Origin: Natronomonas sp.
GTDB taxonomy: Archaea > Halobacteriota > Halobacteria > Halobacteriales > Haloarculaceae
Assembly: GCF_047616845.1 (NCBI RefSeq)
Contig: NZ_JBLGBY010000001.1
Location: 18,631-82,630, forward strand
DNA length: 64,000 nucleotides
Direction: 5' to 3'
The position numbers were made by a program, and so were the translations under genes. The notes beneath the pieces are model-generated. The model saw only the letters and a program-made list of their open reading frames with translations. It ran no database searches and was not told where the DNA came from. Shown here piece after piece: positions 60,325-64,000 of the stretch (positions within the stretch are counted from its first letter, which is position 1; every line of letters starts with the position of its first letter).

Positions 60325-61530
60325 TCAGAACGTCGAGAGCTCGCCTTCGATGACTTGCTCGGTGATCGACGTGACGTTGGCGAGCTCGCGGTCGATGATG
60401 TCGGTGACTTCGCTTTCGATATCGCCGACCTCGACGCCGTTCTCGGTGACGAGGCTGGCGTCGGCGACATGGGGCTGGTCGATGGGCTGGCCGATCTGGG
60501 AGAGCAGACGGATGCGGAGTTCGCGGATGCCGTCGACCTCGTCGACGACGCTTTCGGCGATTTCCGTCGACAAGAGGTTGTATATCTTCCCGATGTGATT
60601 GACGGGGTTCTTACCGGACGTGGCCTCCATCGACATCGAGCGATTCGGCGTGATGAGGCCGTTGGCGCGGTTCCCGCGGCCGACGGAGCCGTCGTCGCCC
60701 TGTTCGGCGCTCGTGCCCGTCGAGGTCAGGTAGATGGAGCCCTCCTCGTAATCGTCGGCGGTGTTGACGTGGACGTCGACCTCGCGGTCGGTGTAATCGG
60801 AGGCGAGGTCGGTGACGAACTCACGAACCCCACCGACAGCGTCGTCGTAATCGTCGAGGTCGTCGACGTAGCGGTCGACCATCGCGGCCGCAATCGTCAC
60901 GTCGATGGTGTCGCCCTCACGCTTGCCCATGACCTTCACGTCCTGGCCGAGAACGGGGTTCTCGTCGCTGTAGTGGCCGTTCAGCTGCTTTTCGGCTTCG
61001 AGAACGATCTTCTCGGTTTCGGTCAGTGGAGCATGACCGACGCCGAAGGAGGTGTCGTTCGCCATCGGCACTTCGACGCCGTCCTCGCCGAAGACATCCT
61101 GGAGGTCGCCGGAGCCCTCGCCGAGTTTGACGTCGACGACGACATCCGTTCCGAAGTCGAGATAGGGGAAGTTCTGCTGGAAATATTCGCGGGCCGCACG
61201 GAGCGCGATGGTCTCTGCGGGAATCTTCGTCCCCTGATACTCCTTCGTCGCCCGCCCGGTGATAAGCAGGTAGATGGGGTCGATGACTTCGCCGCCGCCG
61301 AACGCGGGCGCAGAGCGGCCAGCGACGAGCTGTGTTTCGTCCGTGTTGTAGTGGAGCACCTTGCCGACCCGGTCGAGGTACGCACGGGCGAGCGCCTGCG
61401 AAACGTGTTCCGCGATGCCGTCGCAGAGGGAGTCGGGATGGCCGAGCCCCTTGCGCTCGACGATTTCGACCTCCTGGTCTTCGACCGCGCGGCCGACGAC
61501 CGGCTCGGCGCGGATGTTTCGATTACTCAT
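60325..61530 (-). CDS. mat: Archaeal-type S-adenosylmethionine synthetase
   Basis: [24 protein letters not shown] and GKNPVNH motifs. Confidence 0.95.
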   Translation of the reverse strand: MSNRNIRAEPVVGRAVEDQEVEIVERKGLGHPDSLCDGIAEHVSQALARAYLDRVGKVLHYNTDETQLVAGRSAPAFGGGEVIDPIYLLITGRATKEYQGTKIPAETIALRAAREYFQQNFPYLDFGTDVVVDVKLGEGSGDLQDVFGEDGVEVPMANDTSFGVGHAPLTETEKIVLEAEKQLNGHYSDENPVLGQDVKVMGKREGDTIDVTIAAAMVDRYVDDLDDYDDAVGGVREFVTDLASDYTDREVDVHVNTADDYEEGSIYLTSTGTSAEQGDDGSVGRGNRANGLITPNRSMSMEATSGKNPVNHIGKIYNLLSTEIAESVVDEVDGIRELRIRLLSQIGQPIDQPHVADASLVTENGVEVGDIESEVTDIIDRELANVTSITEQVIEGELSTF

Positions 61531-61603
61531 TACACGTAGGTATCCGTCGGCCGGTTCTATAACTTACGGAAACCTCGGTGGCTGTTCTAATTACCCTTGG
61601 ACA

Positions 61604-62137
61604 TTAATCGCCGTCCAGCAGCAAGCCGAGATACGAGGTGCGAATCTGTTCGCTCGGGTCGAGCCCGAGGTCGCAAAGCACGTCGAGGGCACCCTCGCGT
61701 GCAGCTTCGACCTCTTCGGCTTCGGTTTCGACCTCGACGTACTCGCCGAGCCCTGCGACAGTATCGAGCGTGACAGTGTAGCCGTCGTACTCAAAGCGCT
61801 CGCGAACTTTCTCGACGGTCGCCGCCGGCTCGAACCCCAGTTTGGCCAGCACGCTCGCCATCGTCTCGCCGTTCTCGACGCCGGTTTCCAGTTCCTCGCG
61901 AGTCTTCGATTCGGCCTCGACGAGCGGCCCCTTGTACGTCACTTTCGCCTCCATCTCGCCGTCGAACGTCTCTCGACGGATTCGCAGGGCCTCGTCGGTC
62001 TCGGCGAACTCCCGAACCGGGTGGTCGTAGTAGGTGTCGGCCTGCTCGACGGTGCCGGCAGGGTCGGCCCCGAGTTCGGCCAACCGCTCACGGACTGCGT
62101 CGTGTTCGGCCTGCACCTTCACCTCGACTTCGTACAT
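61604..62137 (-). CDS. cyaB: CYTH/class IV adenylate cyclase
   Basis: YEVEVK, ALRIR, TYKGP and YVEVE motifs. Confidence 0.9.
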   Translation of the reverse strand: MYEVEVKVQAEHDAVRERLAELGADPAGTVEQADTYYDHPVREFAETDEALRIRRETFDGEMEAKVTYKGPLVEAESKTREELETGVENGETMASVLAKLGFEPAATVEKVRERFEYDGYTVTLDTVAGLGEYVEVETEAEEVEAAREGALDVLCDLGLDPSEQIRTSYLGLLLDGD

Positions 62138-62229
62138 GCTCGCTCCGTCGCTCGGGGCGGCCAAAAGCGCCGCGACTCGCGCGAACGCGAAACGTGATTG
62201 TTAAGGGTGCGACGACTGACGTTCCGTGT

Positions 62230-63204
62230 ATGAGTGATGAACCCGATGAGGTCGAGGGGACCGATGCAGCGGCCGAAGAGGCCGACAAGGAAGTGACCGA
62301 AACCGAGACCGAGGAGCAGGAAGCCGAAGAACAAGCGATTGAGGGACTGCAGGACGGCGATTTCATCCGTATCGCCTACACCGCTCGAACCGTTGAGGAC
62401 GGCCAGCTCGTCGACACGACCGACGAAGAAGTCGCAGAGGAGGAGGGCGTCGCCGACCAGGGCACCTTCGAGCCCCGCGTCATCGTGCTCGGTGAGGGCC
62501 ACCTCTTCCCGGAGGTCGAAGACGACATCCGCGGCACGGAAGTCGGTGACGAGGGCAACGTCGTCGTGTCCGGCGAGGACGCCTTCGGCGAATACGACGA
62601 AGACCAGGTTCGCACCGTCTCCGCGGACAAGGTCGACGAGGACGACCGCTACCCCGGCGCCCGTATCCAAATCGACGGCGAGCAGGGCGTTCTCGAAACC
62701 ATCGTCGGCGGCCGCGCTCGCGTCGACTTCAACCACCCGCTCGCGGGCGAGGACATCGAGTACGACTACGAGGTTCTCGAGGAGGTCGAGGGAGATCTCG
62801 AGAAGGCAGAAGGCCTGCTGAACATGCTCCTCGATGTCGATCTCGAGATGTGGGTCGAGACCGACGAGGTCGAGGAGACGAGCGTCGAAGAGCCCGAAGC
62901 GGAGGACGAGGAGCCCGAGACCATCACCGAGACGGTCGAGAAGCGCACCCTCTACGTCGAATCCACGCCGCAGCTGGCGATGAACCAGCAGTGGATGATG
63001 CAGAAACAGCAGGTCGCCCAGCAGATCATCGATCTGACCGACGTCGACCGCATCCTGATTCAGGAAATCCTCGACGGTAGCGGCATGGGGATGCCCGGCA
63101 TGATGGGCGGCATGGGTGGTGGCGCAGGCGGCGAAGACGTCGATATCGAGGAAGCCCTCGAAGAGGCCGACATCGACGCCGACGAGATCGCGGAAGAGCT
63201 CTAG
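62230..63204 (+). CDS. Long-type FKBP peptidyl-prolyl isomerase
   Basis: LVDTT, AFGEYD and VDFNHPLAG motifs; acidic C-terminal domain with Gly/Met tail. Confidence 0.92.
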   Translation: MSDEPDEVEGTDAAAEEADKEVTETETEEQEAEEQAIEGLQDGDFIRIAYTARTVEDGQLVDTTDEEVAEEEGVADQGTFEPRVIVLGEGHLFPEVEDDIRGTEVGDEGNVVVSGEDAFGEYDEDQVRTVSADKVDEDDRYPGARIQIDGEQGVLETIVGGRARVDFNHPLAGEDIEYDYEVLEEVEGDLEKAEGLLNMLLDVDLEMWVETDEVEETSVEEPEAEDEEPETITETVEKRTLYVESTPQLAMNQQWMMQKQQVAQQIIDLTDVDRILIQEILDGSGMGMPGMMGGMGGGAGGEDVDIEEALEEADIDADEIAEEL

Positions 63205-63208
63205 TAAA

Positions 63209-63470
63209 CCCACTTTTTGCACGAGAACGCGGGTCGAGCGCGAAGCGCTCGACACCGGTTCTCGGCAAAAACTTGGGGAAAATATGCGCGCCTCCCTCCT
63301 CAGGGAGACTCGCTCCGCTCGTCTCCCAACGCTCTCGTTCGCTTCGCTCACGAGACCAGCCGCCGCGCTCCCTACGGTCGCGCGGCGTTAGTCGGTCGGC
63401 GCTACGGCGACTCGCTTCGCTCGTCGCCGGAAACCGCCTCGGGGGCGTTCAAAGAACGCCCCCGAGGCGG
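63209..63470. repeat. Intergenic array of six hairpins (MITE/REP-like composite)
   Basis: Long hairpin 63209-63277 capped by GCGAAGC; four stems with TC-NN-TNC-NN-TC loops (63303-63327, 63333-63355, 63361-63387, 63405-63429); perfect 17-bp stem 63434-63470. Confidence 0.85.
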
Positions 63471-63625
63471 ATGCTGGAACGGATTAGACGATCGGTCTGT
63501 GTAGGAGTTTCAGGAATCGGTGGTTCTGGATAAACGGCCTAACGAATGACCGTTGTTAAGTGAAAAATGCAGTTTAATCTTGAATCTCAGCGAACCTTTT
63601 TAATTGTGCTTGGAGAAGCATTGGT

Positions 63626-64000
63626 ATGAAATATTCACGCAAGCCCATCAGGGCCGGAGTTGGTATCGGTGCTACCGGCGTCACTATCAGTCTGTTCGCG
63701 ACAGCAATCATCTATCTCATCCCTCGGTTTGTCCTCGCTCCAGACCAGCGACAGTCGTATCTTGAGACGTGGATGGAACCGACGGCAACACTCTCCAGCC
63801 AAATCGAAACCCTCGGGATTCCCCTGCTTGCCGCCGGTGTAGCTATCTACCTTGTGAAGCAGTCGGACGCCTCAATCAGAGATACCATGACAGGGCTCCT
63901 TATAGCTGGCCTCCTCTTCGGATTCGGTGTTACACTCATTAACTGGGGCGTGACACATCCAGGGGCACGAACTACCACTTGGACATATATCTATCATGCG
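63626..64000 (+). CDS. Hypothetical multi-pass membrane protein, 3'-truncated, lower GC
   Basis: Open 125-codon frame from ATG 63626 (MKYSRKPIRAGVGIG...) with three hydrophobic segments; TTTTTAAT about 25 nt upstream. Confidence 0.65.
   Translation, partial: MKYSRKPIRAGVGIGATGVTISLFATAIIYLIPRFVLAPDQRQSYLETWMEPTATLSSQIETLGIPLLAAGVAIYLVKQSDASIRDTMTGLLIAGLLFGFGVTLINWGVTHPGARTTTWTYIYHA

Noticed and set aside
63303-63429. CRISPR-like reading of the repeated TCGCTTCGCTC
   Set aside because: The repeats are 11-nt loops of self-complementary stems, spacers are too short, and there are no cas genes.

Overview
High-GC haloarchaeal (Halobacteria) chromosome segment; the acidic proteins and gene order support this assignment. 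It is mostly core metabolism: YeaH-SpoVR, an acyl-CoA carboxyltransferase/dehydrogenase pair, hsp20-like/cdc48, priS-ginS, panB, tRNA-Leu(GAG), sdhCDBA, thiC, leuA plus ilvBNC-orf-leuCDB, carbamate kinase facing an ArcE/cDPGS-family enzyme, a NuoF-like/FdhF/MobA formate dehydrogenase module with yqeC nearby, hisC, cysK, mat, cyaB and an FKBP. I saw no CRISPR array, transposase or integrase. The main unexplained signals are non-coding or recoding. (1) Possible ribosome-based sensing of branched-chain amino acids: leuA has no canonical start codon before its catalytic motif and is overlapped by an apparently leaderless uORF carrying GTT-CTT (Val-Leu) in a +1-shift-compatible context. The ilvB operon has its own 24-codon leader ORF ending I-A-I-I-V-G-A-V on a 10-bp hairpin. 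(2) A family of GA/GNA-triloop hairpin repeats occurs as an intergenic array and as in-frame insertions in two protein genes, one of them leuD. (3) A CTAAC-N5-GTTAG operator-like site lies before hsp20-like/cdc48. Products are assigned by motif recognition only; no database searches were run, and many start codons were re-picked by hand.
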